Origin: Candidatus Babeliales bacterium
GTDB lineage: Bacteria > Babelota > Babeliae > Babelales > JANWKD01
Reading direction: 5' to 3'
Length of the DNA stretch: 64,000 nt
NCBI GenBank assembly: GCA_963722075.1
Contig: CAVRJM010000001.1
Span: 1,120,001-1,184,000, forward strand
Shown here: positions 1 through 9,335 of the stretch, piece by piece
Numbering within the stretch: position 1 is the stretch's first letter
How the letters are laid out: each line of letters opens with the position of its first letter
Notes under the pieces: model-generated
Told to the model about the DNA's origin: nothing
Databases searched by the model: none
The model's input: only the letters and a program-made list of their open reading frames with translations
Program-made: the position numbers and the translations under genes

Positions 1-491
1 TGGCAATCAATATGACCTAATGAACCAGCATGAGTTCTCACAATTTTTCTTTTTTCCTCTCGTGCTAAAGCAGACAATCGAGAAACACCATACGTCCGCA
101 ATGTACGATAAACTGTGCTTGCTGATATTCGTTTGGCATTAGGATGTTTCTTTTGTAACGTCTGAGCAATAATATATCTATTATATCCTAATTTTCTATA
201 ATCCAAAATCTCATTTGTAATCTTATCATCTGCCAGAGGCAATTCTTGGTATTTTGGTTTAGGGCCAGGTCTCATAGGCAGTAAAGCATTTGGATTTCTA
301 TTTGAATTTATAAAACGCCCATAAAATTTATAGAAATTTTGATAACCGATGTCGTTAGCTTTAAAAAATTCACGAACTTTTTTATATTTTGGATGATTCT
401 TAGCTTTGACTAATTCGTATTCTTCAACGAATTTAAGCAGATATTTAATTGAATTCTTATGTAAAGTATTATACGATATATTTGCACTCAT
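1..491 (-). CDS. IS481-like transposase, N-terminal part (runs off the window start; absent from ORF track)
   Basis: Manual translation from ATG at 491: MSANISYNTLHKNSIKYLLKFVEEYELVK...RPGPK...ISASTVYRTLRTYGVSRL...HAGSLGHIDC. An HTH segment (STVYR.L) is followed by the start of an integrase core (G.L.HID). Confidence 0.7.
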   Translation of the reverse strand, partial: MSANISYNTLHKNSIKYLLKFVEEYELVKAKNHPKYKKVREFFKANDIGYQNFYKFYGRFINSNRNPNALLPMRPGPKPKYQELPLADDKITNEILDYRKLGYNRYIIAQTLQKKHPNAKRISASTVYRTLRTYGVSRLSALAREEKRKIVRTHAGSLGHIDC

Positions 492-584
492 AGTAATTCC
501 TATTGTTAAATATTGTTGTTGTTATTTTTAACTTTAGTTTACTATGGGTGTCTTTTTTATTCACCAGAATTTTGAACTTTTACA
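1..584 (-). mobile_element. IS481-like element, one end (partial)
   Basis: The minus strand reads TGTAAAAGTTCAAAATTCTGGTGA from 584, upstream of the transposase. 5'-TGT ends are typical of IS481/IS3-like elements. The other end is outside the window. Confidence 0.5.
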
Positions 585-708
585 GTGACGACGAGAATGC
601 AAAAGGATTTCATTGTGACTGCGAAATGACCCATCGGCATGACGCGCTGGCAAATAATTTTTCCCTACTTTGCATTAATCAGCATATTAATTTCAATATT
701 TGACCACC

Positions 709-1317
709 TTATACTCTTTTTGAAAGAAATGAAAGCGCCTTACGCAATAGTTGATCAAAGGAAGCAGATACTGGTAATGATTCCTTAAGATACGATAATG
801 TATTATTTATCTCTGTCCGTGAATAATTGAGCGATGTTAATGTCTCAGAAACCGTATGCCAATGGGTATATTCATCAGCAATTTCATCGATACCGCCGCT
901 TTCAATCAATTTTGCCACCTTATGGCGTAATTGCATAATGATTTGCTCAGCTTTTTTTGCTCCAATACCACTAACAGCACTCAATGCTTTTTCATCATTA
1001 GCATGCACTGCCTTTAAAAAAGAACCGGGTGACATGGCCGATAAAAGCGCAAGCGCAATTTTAGGGCCAATACCGGAACAGCTAATAACTAGAAGAAAAA
1101 CGGTTTTTTCCAATGCCGTTTGAAATCCATATAATAACGGCCCATTTTCTTGATGCCATTGTAAATGAACGTAAAAAGAATATTGTTGCCCTTTTGTAAG
1201 AGCTATATTCTGCGCTACATAGAGTTGATAGCCAACCCCATTTACCTCACAGGTAACTGCTTGGTCTTTGTACTCAATTACGGTGCCTCGTAAAAAATTA
1301 ATCATAAAAAGCCTCAA
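709..1317 (-). CDS. ruvA: Holliday junction branch migration protein RuvA
   Basis: MINFLRG..VNGVGY, LYGF, SGIGPKIAL, VSGIGAKKAEQII HhH motifs. True start is probably 1305. Confidence 0.95.
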   Translation of the reverse strand: MRLFMINFLRGTVIEYKDQAVTCEVNGVGYQLYVAQNIALTKGQQYSFYVHLQWHQENGPLLYGFQTALEKTVFLLVISCSGIGPKIALALLSAMSPGSFLKAVHANDEKALSAVSGIGAKKAEQIIMQLRHKVAKLIESGGIDEIADEYTHWHTVSETLTSLNYSRTEINNTLSYLKESLPVSASFDQLLRKALSFLSKRV

Positions 1318-1389
1318 AATATGATAATTTCATTAAACCATTGAACTAAAAATTTCATTTTGTAATAATAATATAAAAAGGATCTTTCT

Positions 1390-1764
1390 ATGATCAATAA
1401 AAAAATCGCTATTTATGTACTTTTACTTTTTATTACCCCTTTATATGCATCCCTTCGCTTGCGCCGCAATATGTATACCTTAAATATTACCTATAATGTT
1501 TTTGGGCTCAACCCTAAGCAATATATCTGCGCTTATGATGATATTGCAAAACAAGTAGTATGCGAACCAAAAGATATTACTGATCCTTATGCCAATGACA
1601 TTCAGGTATTTCGCAATGTATATGTACGTAAATTAACCTCAGATCCCGTTGGTATTGGCTACATCGGTTATTTCCAAAACCCCAATCTTAATGCCGGTCC
1701 TCCACATGAGTATACCAGTACCCGTACTATTTTCCCGTTTGAAGTATATGCTTCAAAGTATTAA
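1390..1764 (+). CDS. Hypothetical secreted protein
   Basis: 124 aa ORF with AAGGA RBS and an N-terminal signal peptide (…TPLYA). Confidence 0.7.
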   Translation: MINKKIAIYVLLLFITPLYASLRLRRNMYTLNITYNVFGLNPKQYICAYDDIAKQVVCEPKDITDPYANDIQVFRNVYVRKLTSDPVGIGYIGYFQNPNLNAGPPHEYTSTRTIFPFEVYASKY

Positions 1765-1769
1765 TTGTA

Positions 1770-1797
1770 TTGACAACTATACTATTTTTGTTAGAGT
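1770..1797 (+). promoter_or_regulatory. Putative sigma70 promoter for tRNA-Gly
   Basis: TTGACA (1770-1775), 16 bp spacer, TG-T-TAGAGT. Confidence 0.45.
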
Positions 1798-1814
1798 TTT
1801 AATAACTTTCATTC

Positions 1815-1889
1815 GCGGGAATAGCTCAGTGGTAGAGCGTTGCCTTGCCAAGGCAAAGGTCGCGGGTTCGACCCCCGTTTCCCGCTCCA
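1815..1889 (+). tRNA. tRNA-Gly(GCC)
   Basis: GCGGGAA..TTCCCGC acceptor stem, TAGCTCAGTGGTAGAGC D-arm, TTGCC/ttGCCaa/GGCAA anticodon arm, GGTTCGACCC T-arm, encoded CCA. Confidence 0.97.
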
Positions 1890-2038
1890 GTCTTCGCTCC
1901 TACGGAGCTTCGCCTGGCGCCGCCATTTTTTTAAATGAAGATAATATTATTAGCACAGTGAAAAGCGAAGACTGTCCGGCATAGCTTGTAGTAACGAAGC
2001 AATTGATAAGGGTCAAAGCAGAAAGCGCCGACGGACTA
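1889..2038. repeat. Type-B palindromic repeat pair abutting the tRNA 3' end
   Basis: AGTCTTCGCtcctacggAGCTTCGCCTGG pairs with GCGAAGACTGTCCGGCATAGC...GACGGA. Related halves occur at about 8764, 15725, 25733, 55992 and 56131. Confidence 0.65.
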
Positions 2039-2054
2039 TAAATATATCTACCTT

Positions 2055-2297
2055 ATATATTATGTTTACATTATCAAATCGGTTAATTTTCCTGGAAAAA
2101 TATATATTGGCTATACCCTCAATATAAAAACGCGATTACAGACGCATAATGATGGTGGATCAACTTTCACTAAGGATTATAAACCATGGGAAGTAATCTT
2201 TTATGGCACTTTTCAGAATAAATTGAAAGCATTAAACTTTGAAAAATACTTGAAATCCCATTCAGGTAGAGCATTTTTAATAAAACGATTATTATAG
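2055..2297 (+). CDS. Small GIY-YIG nuclease (YhbQ/UPF0213-like); ATA start or start-mutated pseudogene; absent from ORF track
   Basis: IYYVYIIKSVNFPGKIYIGYTLNIKTRLQTHNDGGSTFTKDYKPWEVIFYGTFQNKLKALNFEKYLKSHSGRAFLIKRLL*, with YVY/YIG, RL..HN.G, FT....PW and A...E..LK motifs. No ATG/GTG/TTG in frame upstream before the TAA at 2007-2009. Confidence 0.85.
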   Translation: MYYVYIIKSVNFPGKIYIGYTLNIKTRLQTHNDGGSTFTKDYKPWEVIFYGTFQNKLKALNFEKYLKSHSGRAFLIKRLL

Positions 2298-2407
2298 GCA
2301 GCCATTTTCTCTTAAATGAGGAATATCGTGACGCGATAACCCAATTATGGTACATTCTAAAGTAGTAACGGTAGCTATTTTTCATAGTTAGCAACCTTTT
2401 AATCTGA

Positions 2408-3004
2408 ATGAATCCAATGGTAAAGGATTATATGAAATCAATAATTCAAGAAGCATCTTCCGTACTTAAAGCTATTGAAAAGGGATGGGAAAGTGCTGGT
2501 AAACCTAAAGAGTTTTCAATTAAAATCTTTGAAGAACCAAAAAAGAATTTTATTGGCATGACCGTACAATCAGCCAAAGTTGGTATCTTTTTTAATGAAA
2601 AAATAACTAAAGAAGAACCAGAAAAAGGCGCTCCAAAAAAAAGTGAGCCAATTCAAAGAACAGCAAAAAGAGAGCTGTATAAACCTGAAAAGATTGAAAA
2701 GAAAGAATCTATTACACCTAAAGCAGAACCCAAAGCAGCAACACCCAAGGTTATTTGGACACCGGAAATGATTAACCAAACGACACAATGGATTGCAGAT
2801 GTCTTAGCCCATATGAATCTTTCTGAACGTAATTTTACCATACAGACCCATAACTATCAGTTAATGATTAACTTTGACAATCCACTAATTACCGATCGTG
2901 AAAAAGAACAACAATTGTTACGCAGCCTTTCCTTTCTGTTAATTCAAACATTACGACACAAATTAAACCGTCCATTGCGCGGGTTTAAAGTTATTATGAA
3001 CTAA
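2408..3004 (+). CDS. jag: Jag/EloR-like protein (Jag_N domain; R3H apparently missing)
   Basis: MKSIIQEASSV..AI...I.I.EEPKKNFIG...A Jag_N pattern; lies directly upstream of mnmE, as usual. Start is probably 2432. Confidence 0.7.
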   Translation: MNPMVKDYMKSIIQEASSVLKAIEKGWESAGKPKEFSIKIFEEPKKNFIGMTVQSAKVGIFFNEKITKEEPEKGAPKKSEPIQRTAKRELYKPEKIEKKESITPKAEPKAATPKVIWTPEMINQTTQWIADVLAHMNLSERNFTIQTHNYQLMINFDNPLITDREKEQQLLRSLSFLLIQTLRHKLNRPLRGFKVIMN

Positions 3005-4386
3005 TGGCTCTTATTACGAACGATGATCAAACTATTATAGCGCTTGCAACTGCCCGCGGCAGCGGTGCTATTGCATTATTACGTATGTCAGGCGCACATT
3101 GCATTACCATTGGCGCACAAATGGCACATTTAGCAAGCAAAAAAAGCATAGATCAAGTACCGTCTCATACCGTTCACTTAGGCACTATTATTGATACAAT
3201 AGGAGCCCCTATTGATCAAGTAATGATTATTGTTATGCAGGGGCCACACACTTTTACCGGGCAAGATATCATTGAAATTACCTGCCACAATAATCCCTTT
3301 TTAATAGAAGCAATTATACAACGAGCAATCGAATGCGGAGCCCGTTTAGCCCAAGAGGGAGAATTCACTAAGCGCGCTTTTCTCAATAAAAAATTGGATC
3401 TTGTTCAAGCAGAATCGATTAATGAACTCATTCATGCCTCAACGCAATTAGCATTAAAGCAATCGCTGGCTCAAGTAACGGGTAGTTTTTCTGCCTGGTT
3501 ACAAAAGATTGAAAAAGATCTTATCACGTGCAGCGCCTTGGCAGATGCTAGTTTTGAATTCATTGATGAAGAAATGGAATTTGGCACACAAATAAAAACA
3601 ACGATTACTACAGTTCTTTCTCAAATCAATCAATTAAAAACTACCTTTAATTACCAAAACCATATACGTCAAGGTATCCGTATTGCTCTTATTGGATCAG
3701 TCAATGCGGGTAAATCCTCATTATTTAATACCTTGTTGCAAAAAGAGCGCTCAATTGTTACCAATATTGCCGGCACTACCCGTGATGTCATTGAAGCAGG
3801 GGTATATAAAAAAAGTTGTTATTGGACACTGATTGATACGGCCGGTTTACGGCAAACCGCAGATTCGATTGAACAAGAAGGTATTAATCGATCCTATCAA
3901 GAAGCGCATATTGCTGATTGCGTTTTATTAATCATTGATGGATCACGCTCTTTATTTCCCGCTGAAAAAGCTATTTATGAAGATCTTCTGCAAAAGTATA
4001 GCCATAAAATTATCGTTATTAAAACCAAAGCAGATTTAGAACAAAATTCTACTGATTTTGCTTCATGTAATAATGCCATTACCGTTTCAATATTTGATAG
4101 AAACTCAGTTAAAACCCTTGAAGAAATTATTGAACAAAAAATTGATCACGATTTTTTCAATAAAATAGAATCGCCATTCTTACTTAATCAACGGCAGTTT
4201 AACTTAGTAAAAGCATTAGAGAAAGATTTGATCACAACCTTACAACTGTTTCAAGATCCTGTCCCGTATGAATTAGTATCTTATCACCTTAAAGAAGCGC
4301 TTACCTCGCTCACACAACTAACGGGAAAAACCGTTAGCGAGCAAGCAATGGATGCCATTTTTAGAGAATTTTGCATCGGCAAATAA
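3004..4386 (+). CDS. mnmE: tRNA modification GTPase MnmE
   Basis: TIIALAT..G.GAI, FTGQD..EI.CH, GSVNAGKSS, GTTRD, DTAG, C-terminal FCIGK. Confidence 0.97.
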   Translation: MALITNDDQTIIALATARGSGAIALLRMSGAHCITIGAQMAHLASKKSIDQVPSHTVHLGTIIDTIGAPIDQVMIIVMQGPHTFTGQDIIEITCHNNPFLIEAIIQRAIECGARLAQEGEFTKRAFLNKKLDLVQAESINELIHASTQLALKQSLAQVTGSFSAWLQKIEKDLITCSALADASFEFIDEEMEFGTQIKTTITTVLSQINQLKTTFNYQNHIRQGIRIALIGSVNAGKSSLFNTLLQKERSIVTNIAGTTRDVIEAGVYKKSCYWTLIDTAGLRQTADSIEQEGINRSYQEAHIADCVLLIIDGSRSLFPAEKAIYEDLLQKYSHKIIVIKTKADLEQNSTDFASCNNAITVSIFDRNSVKTLEEIIEQKIDHDFFNKIESPFLLNQRQFNLVKALEKDLITTLQLFQDPVPYELVSYHLKEALTSLTQLTGKTVSEQAMDAIFREFCIGK

Positions 4387-4388
4387 AA

Positions 4389-5753
4389 TTATTTTATATA
4401 TGTATGTTCTTTTAAGAGAAACATAATATCCGGATTTTTACGTTTTCGTGCATAATCGAGTGGCGTTTTATAATCTCTATTTTGAATAGATAGATTTGGC
4501 GCATGCCTTAATAGTATTTTTAACAAAGCAGGGTTATTTTTTTTTATAAAAATATGTGCAAACGTTTCCCGCGAATTACTTTCTTGGGTATTAATAATAT
4601 CAATAAAATCATTAAATCCTTTTTTAATGATATTTGATAATTGTTGTTTTAATGCTTCTAACTCTTTTGGATCTAAATTTCCCATTTTAACTTTATCTAT
4701 AAACGGCGCAACTTCATTATACCAAAACTGTTTATCAAGCGCCTTATTAAATGCGCCCTGTTTTTGATAACGCTTAAATGATACTGCAGGATCTTCTAGT
4801 AAGAAATCCCATGCAGCCCCTGATAAAACGGGTAAAAATAATTTTATTACTTTTTCAGTACCTATATCAATAATAGGAGTATAATTAAGATTTTTTATTA
4901 AAAAATCGGCAATTTCATCGCTGTGTTGACCACCAGCATAGATAATTATATGTCGCTGCGCCGAAAGAATTAATTTAAAAATAACTTCAAAATTAAATAC
5001 TTCTTTTTTTATATATTCATTAAAGTTCTTTTTAAATGAATCAAATTTTTTATTTTCTTTAAGAATTTCTAATAAATCAGCAATTGAAATAGCATCTGAA
5101 ATCGTTTCAATTTCTTCTTGAACTTGAAGTATCCCTATCCTTTGAGCTTGCCATTCATTAATGATTTTTTGGAAAGCATCCTGCTGATGGGTAGAAATAA
5201 GATTCATATACCTATCCTCAAAATATAATATATTCTCCAAATAAAATTTCAGCTTTCCCACCGTTAATAGGCCAACCTCTGCAGGATATATTGCGCTAGT
5301 TAAAAACTTCATAGCAGGAATTATATTACGAAAGGTATCAGCTGCTTCAAAAACAATCATTTGATTGCTATCGATATTAAATTTTTTAGAAAGCTGATTA
5401 CCCGCATACGATATAAATAAATTTTTAATATACAAATTAATGGGATCAAATTCCCATAATAATTTTATGGGTTCTTTTGTTTTTTCATTAAGCTTATTAA
5501 AGGCGGCCATAAGCACGCGTTCTGAACTAGTAAAATTTTTTATTTCCTCTTTACTTAGGTATTTTTTAACACTTTTTCTAACACCTTTCACTGGTTGATA
5601 AAGCGCGGCATGACTATCAGAAATAATATCGACAACTTTTGCAATGTTATTGTTATCTAATAATAATAAGCGACGAAATCGATCAGGATAACCATCAAGA
5701 AAGTAAAAAAATAAACAGGTACAAAATAGTAAAGATCTTAACCATCTATGCAT
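4389..5753 (-). CDS. Secreted protein with a possible EreA/ChaN/TIKI-like domain and a C-terminal ankyrin repeat
   Basis: Signal peptide; IISDSH, LLWEF and IIIYAGGQH motifs; C-terminal ETFAH...LLRHAPNLSIQNRDYKTPLDYA (ankyrin). Confidence 0.6.
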   Translation of the reverse strand: MHRWLRSLLFCTCLFFYFLDGYPDRFRRLLLLDNNNIAKVVDIISDSHAALYQPVKGVRKSVKKYLSKEEIKNFTSSERVLMAAFNKLNEKTKEPIKLLWEFDPINLYIKNLFISYAGNQLSKKFNIDSNQMIVFEAADTFRNIIPAMKFLTSAIYPAEVGLLTVGKLKFYLENILYFEDRYMNLISTHQQDAFQKIINEWQAQRIGILQVQEEIETISDAISIADLLEILKENKKFDSFKKNFNEYIKKEVFNFEVIFKLILSAQRHIIIYAGGQHSDEIADFLIKNLNYTPIIDIGTEKVIKLFLPVLSGAAWDFLLEDPAVSFKRYQKQGAFNKALDKQFWYNEVAPFIDKVKMGNLDPKELEALKQQLSNIIKKGFNDFIDIINTQESNSRETFAHIFIKKNNPALLKILLRHAPNLSIQNRDYKTPLDYARKRKNPDIMFLLKEHTYIK

Positions 5754-5856
5754 AAAGACTCACTTAGGAATAATAACTATATATAATAATTATAAATAAA
5801 ATATATTCAAATAGTCAATGATGAATAATCGTGAGCAACCCCAATAGGGGTAAAAT

Positions 5857-5895
5857 AAAAAAGGCTTTCTGAACCAACTTGTATCAGAAAGCCTT
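5857..5895 (-). terminator. Rho-independent terminator of the ompA-like gene
   Basis: 12-bp stem AAGGCTTTCTGA/TCAGAAAGCCTT followed by a T-run on the minus strand. Confidence 0.75.
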
Positions 5896-5918
5896 CTTAA
5901 AGTAACAAAATCGAATTT

Positions 5919-6599
5919 TTAAACTGCTAATGCATAAATTTCTACACGCCGATTAGGGGCTTGGCCATCTTTAGTTTCATCAAAAGCAACGGGTTCCTCA
6001 TTGCCCACACCAAAGATTTTTATGCGGTTTTTAGGAATATGTGCTTCTTCTTCCAGGTAACGCGCAATCTTATTTGCCCTATTCATTGATAACGCTAAGT
6101 TATAAGCACGGGTACCATGCCATTTACAAGAATGGCCTTTGCAGCAAATCACTCGACCACTTTCATAGAACTCTTTAGCCTTTTGAACGGTTTGCTTTAA
6201 TGCTCCTTTTTGATTTGATAAAGGCTCTTGGCTATCATAGGGAAAATAGACTGTTTGCATCTCATCTTTTGTATCTAATTGTTCCAGGGTAAAATCTTGC
6301 ACTGCCATATTTTGCGCTAAGGCTATATCAGTATCAAATGCTCTATCATAGGGGCTTTCTAGGTTATCTTCTTCAAGGACAAATGCTTCAACATCCTCAT
6401 CAAATATAGAAATAGCGTCACGATTATTAAATGCTAAAGGCATGATTGCCTGTTCTTGTTCAGGTCTTTTCAGCATGCTTTTTTGGTCTTTTTTACAAGC
6501 AGGCAATAAACCAACCGCAAGGATCATAGTAAGAGGAAGGGACAATTTATGACGAATCATATAGTACATCTCCATAAATAAGTTATTTCTTATAAACAA
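5919..6599 (-). CDS. OmpA/Pal-family lipoprotein
   Basis: Lipobox LLPAC; VYFPYDS, YNLALS..RA, G.G.EEP, NRRVEI. Start is probably about 6560. Confidence 0.9.
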   Translation of the reverse strand: MFIRNNLFMEMYYMIRHKLSLPLTMILAVGLLPACKKDQKSMLKRPEQEQAIMPLAFNNRDAISIFDEDVEAFVLEEDNLESPYDRAFDTDIALAQNMAVQDFTLEQLDTKDEMQTVYFPYDSQEPLSNQKGALKQTVQKAKEFYESGRVICCKGHSCKWHGTRAYNLALSMNRANKIARYLEEEAHIPKNRIKIFGVGNEEPVAFDETKDGQAPNRRVEIYALAV

Positions 6600-6748
6600 A
6601 AAAGAACTTTAACATAAATTTTTTCTTTTTTCTATCTAAAAAATAGCTTTTATATAAAATTCTACTTTTTAAGCCTGAGATAGGGTATACTAGAAGTATA
6701 TAAAAGTTATAAACCATAAATACTTTATTCTTATTTTATCTGTTATTT

Positions 6749-8296
6749 ATGGTACAAATTGGAATTACTATGAAAAAGATTTTAATCAGTGCTAATCCCT
6801 GGCAAACCAAAGTGGCTGTCACCCGAGATGGTCAGTTACAAAATATCTATTTTGCCTCCCATGCCAAACAAACCTTAGAACGTTCATTTTTTAAGGGTAA
6901 AATTATTAAAGTATTACCAGGCATTCAGACCGCTTTTGTTGATATTGGCCAAGAAAAAGCAGGATTCTTGCATATTTCTGAAATCGACCGCGAGCTTGCT
7001 ATGCGCCGCGTTAGCAACCTTGAAATGGATGATGTTCCGGCTGAATCGGACGAAGAAGTTGCTTTAGCTCCCGTAAAGTACCAGCAGCCCTTAGATATTA
7101 GTAAAATATTAAAAGAGGGTGAACCAATTTTAGTACAGGTCAGCAAGGAGCCTGTTTATGAAAAAGGCGCAAAGCTTACCACGTGCTTCACCTTACCCGG
7201 TAGATTTATTGTTTTAATGCCTAATATTCCTCGCATTGCCATTTCAAAAAAAATTGAAGATCGCGATGAACGCATACGCCTTAAAGAGATACTCAGTAAA
7301 AATTTACCTGAAGGAATGGGTGCTATTATTCGAACCACCTCAGAGCATCGCACTGAACAAGAAATTGTTCAGGATATCGAGTTTTTAGCGAGTACCTGGA
7401 ATCATATTGTTAAGCGTTATCAAGAAGCACAACCACAAGAGAAAATTTACGAAGATCTGCCACTTTCCTTACAAATAGTTCGCGATCATTTAGATAACGA
7501 TGTGGAAGCAGTCATTAGCGATAATCAGCAAAACCAACAAGAAATTTATAAATTTGTTAAAAAAATTGCTCCCGAATATAGCTATAAAATTCAGTATTAT
7601 AGCGGTCAGCAGGATATTTTTGAAAAATACGAAATCGAACCACAATTACAGCAAGCACTTTCAGAAAAGGTACATCTCAAATCGGGCGGCTCTATTATTA
7701 TAGAAACCACCCAAGCTATGACGGTAATTGACGTTAATACCGGTCGCTATATTGGTAAAACTGATTTAGAAGAAACGATTTTAAAAACAAATCTTGAGGC
7801 AGCTGAAGAAGTTACGCGCCAATTACGTTTACGTAATATAGGTGGCCTTATTGTTATTGATTTTATCGATATGGCTTCTCCTGCTAACCGTCAAAAACTA
7901 TTCAAATTCTTTGAACGCATGCTCAAAGAACGCGATAAGTTTCAATCAGTAGTGCTTAAAATTACTGAATTTGGACTCGTGCAAATGACCCGTAAACGGT
8001 CGGGAAAAACATTACTGCAAGAATTGACGCACGCATGCCCTACGTGCAAAGGACTTGGGTATATTAAAACTATTCAGACTATTTGCTATACGATTTTGCC
8101 TAAAATTAAGCAGGAATTATATCATTATAAAAATAAGCATATCATCATTAAATGCGCTATGCCCGTATTTGATTACATGGTACATACTGAATACAATTCT
8201 ATCTTACAATTTGAGCGCGATTTTAAATCTCATATTACCTTAGAAGGTAAAGAGGATATGCCGCTTAATGAGTACGTGATTGAAGAAAAGAAGTGA
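6749..8296 (+). CDS. rng: Ribonuclease G/E family
   Basis: S1 domain (AFVDIG...GFLH), IDVNTG, RLRNIGGLIVIDFIDM, CPTCKG Zn-link; RNase G size. Confidence 0.93.
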   Translation: MVQIGITMKKILISANPWQTKVAVTRDGQLQNIYFASHAKQTLERSFFKGKIIKVLPGIQTAFVDIGQEKAGFLHISEIDRELAMRRVSNLEMDDVPAESDEEVALAPVKYQQPLDISKILKEGEPILVQVSKEPVYEKGAKLTTCFTLPGRFIVLMPNIPRIAISKKIEDRDERIRLKEILSKNLPEGMGAIIRTTSEHRTEQEIVQDIEFLASTWNHIVKRYQEAQPQEKIYEDLPLSLQIVRDHLDNDVEAVISDNQQNQQEIYKFVKKIAPEYSYKIQYYSGQQDIFEKYEIEPQLQQALSEKVHLKSGGSIIIETTQAMTVIDVNTGRYIGKTDLEETILKTNLEAAEEVTRQLRLRNIGGLIVIDFIDMASPANRQKLFKFFERMLKERDKFQSVVLKITEFGLVQMTRKRSGKTLLQELTHACPTCKGLGYIKTIQTICYTILPKIKQELYHYKNKHIIIKCAMPVFDYMVHTEYNSILQFERDFKSHITLEGKEDMPLNEYVIEEKK

Positions 8297-8693
8297 TAGT
8301 TTTTCCAACTTTACCAACAACAATAATAACACCTGCTAATCCTGCTGATAATACTACCCCCGCACCTACTGAAAATGTTAGAATACGCGCAAAATCGACA
8401 GCAGATCCTATTGGAGTGCGTTGTGTTCTTGTATAAGAAGCATGAGAATTTATTGGTGGAAAGTGATCAGAGTAATTTGATAATTTAAAAGTAGTTATTG
8501 TGCGAAATTTTTCAATTATTTTGTTGGATAAAACAATACCAAAAATAGTTTCTGCAGGTCTAGTAGTCTCTTTTTCGCCTATTATTATCTCTTGCCTTTT
8601 CCATTTTGTTTTTTTGACAGCAAAAGAAGAGAAAGGTAAGAACAAGCCAAATAAAATGAGCGCTAAGCAAATCTTTTTCATAAAAAACTCCAT
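8265..8693 (-). CDS. Secreted/membrane hypothetical protein, tandem family member 4
   Basis: Signal peptide, C-terminal hydrophobic helix, shared ATGGAGTTTTTTATGAA leader. Confidence 0.7.
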   Translation of the reverse strand: MEFFMKKICLALILFGLFLPFSSFAVKKTKWKRQEIIIGEKETTRPAETIFGIVLSNKIIEKFRTITTFKLSNYSDHFPPINSHASYTRTQRTPIGSAVDFARILTFSVGAGVVLSAGLAGVIIVVGKVGKTITSFLQSRTH

Positions 8694-8700
8694 TTAATAA

Positions 8701-8839
8701 CTGGATCCTCACGTCGCTCACGCTCCTCAGGATGACAAATAACTCAAAATGTTATTCCGATCCAGCCCTCGCTCAAAGAGCTTCGACGGACAAGGCGCTT
8801 ACCTCGTCGAAGTTTTAATGTAGACGGGTGGGAATCCAG
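8701..8839. repeat. Type-A palindrome pair, second unit interrupted by a type-B insert
   Basis: CTGGATCCTCACGTCGCTCACGCTCCTCAGGATGAC ... GTTATTCCGATCC[insert]TGGGAATCCAG. Confidence 0.85.
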
Positions 8840-8840
8840 A

Positions 8841-9335
8841 TTATTTACTTTGACTAAACCAATCACCTAAAGCGCCATATTGATACTGCCAGTAACCATA
8901 TCCCCCAAATGCGCCAATCAATGCTGCAACTGTCGTTGCACACAATCCTTTAAAGAGCGGCGAAAAGGTCGTATACCTATACCCAGCTGCGGCCAAATCG
9001 ATTTGCCAAGCAGTGGCAGTCGGATTAGTAGCAGTAGGATTTTGAACCAGTCCAAACTGAGAATTATTGATACTACAATTTCTAGCCATCAACATTCCAA
9101 GCACCCTTACACTGTAATTAACTTTTACAGAATAGTTTTCTTGCTGATTAACAAAGATACTTCCAGAATTTGGTACCTCCTTTGCAAAAATCTGTGGGTA
9201 AGCCCATTTACGAGCCTCACGATATTGTTTTGGCCCTTGCACATAATTTCGAATTGCTTCCATCGTATAATTTGATGAAATAAAACTCATAGATAATATT
9301 AATGCAAATACGATTCTTTTCATTTTAATCTCCAT
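8841..9335 (-). CDS. Secreted/membrane hypothetical protein, tandem family member 3
   Basis: Signal peptide followed by MEA; C-terminal TM with GAFGGY. Confidence 0.7.
   Translation of the reverse strand: MEIKMKRIVFALILSMSFISSNYTMEAIRNYVQGPKQYREARKWAYPQIFAKEVPNSGSIFVNQQENYSVKVNYSVRVLGMLMARNCSINNSQFGLVQNPTATNPTATAWQIDLAAAGYRYTTFSPLFKGLCATTVAALIGAFGGYGYWQYQYGALGDWFSQSK

Noticed and set aside
1649..1984. 111-aa ORF
   Set aside because: It runs through tRNA-Gly and the repeat; spurious.
2170..2394. 74-aa minus-strand ORF
   Set aside because: It is antisense to the recognisable GIY-YIG reading frame.
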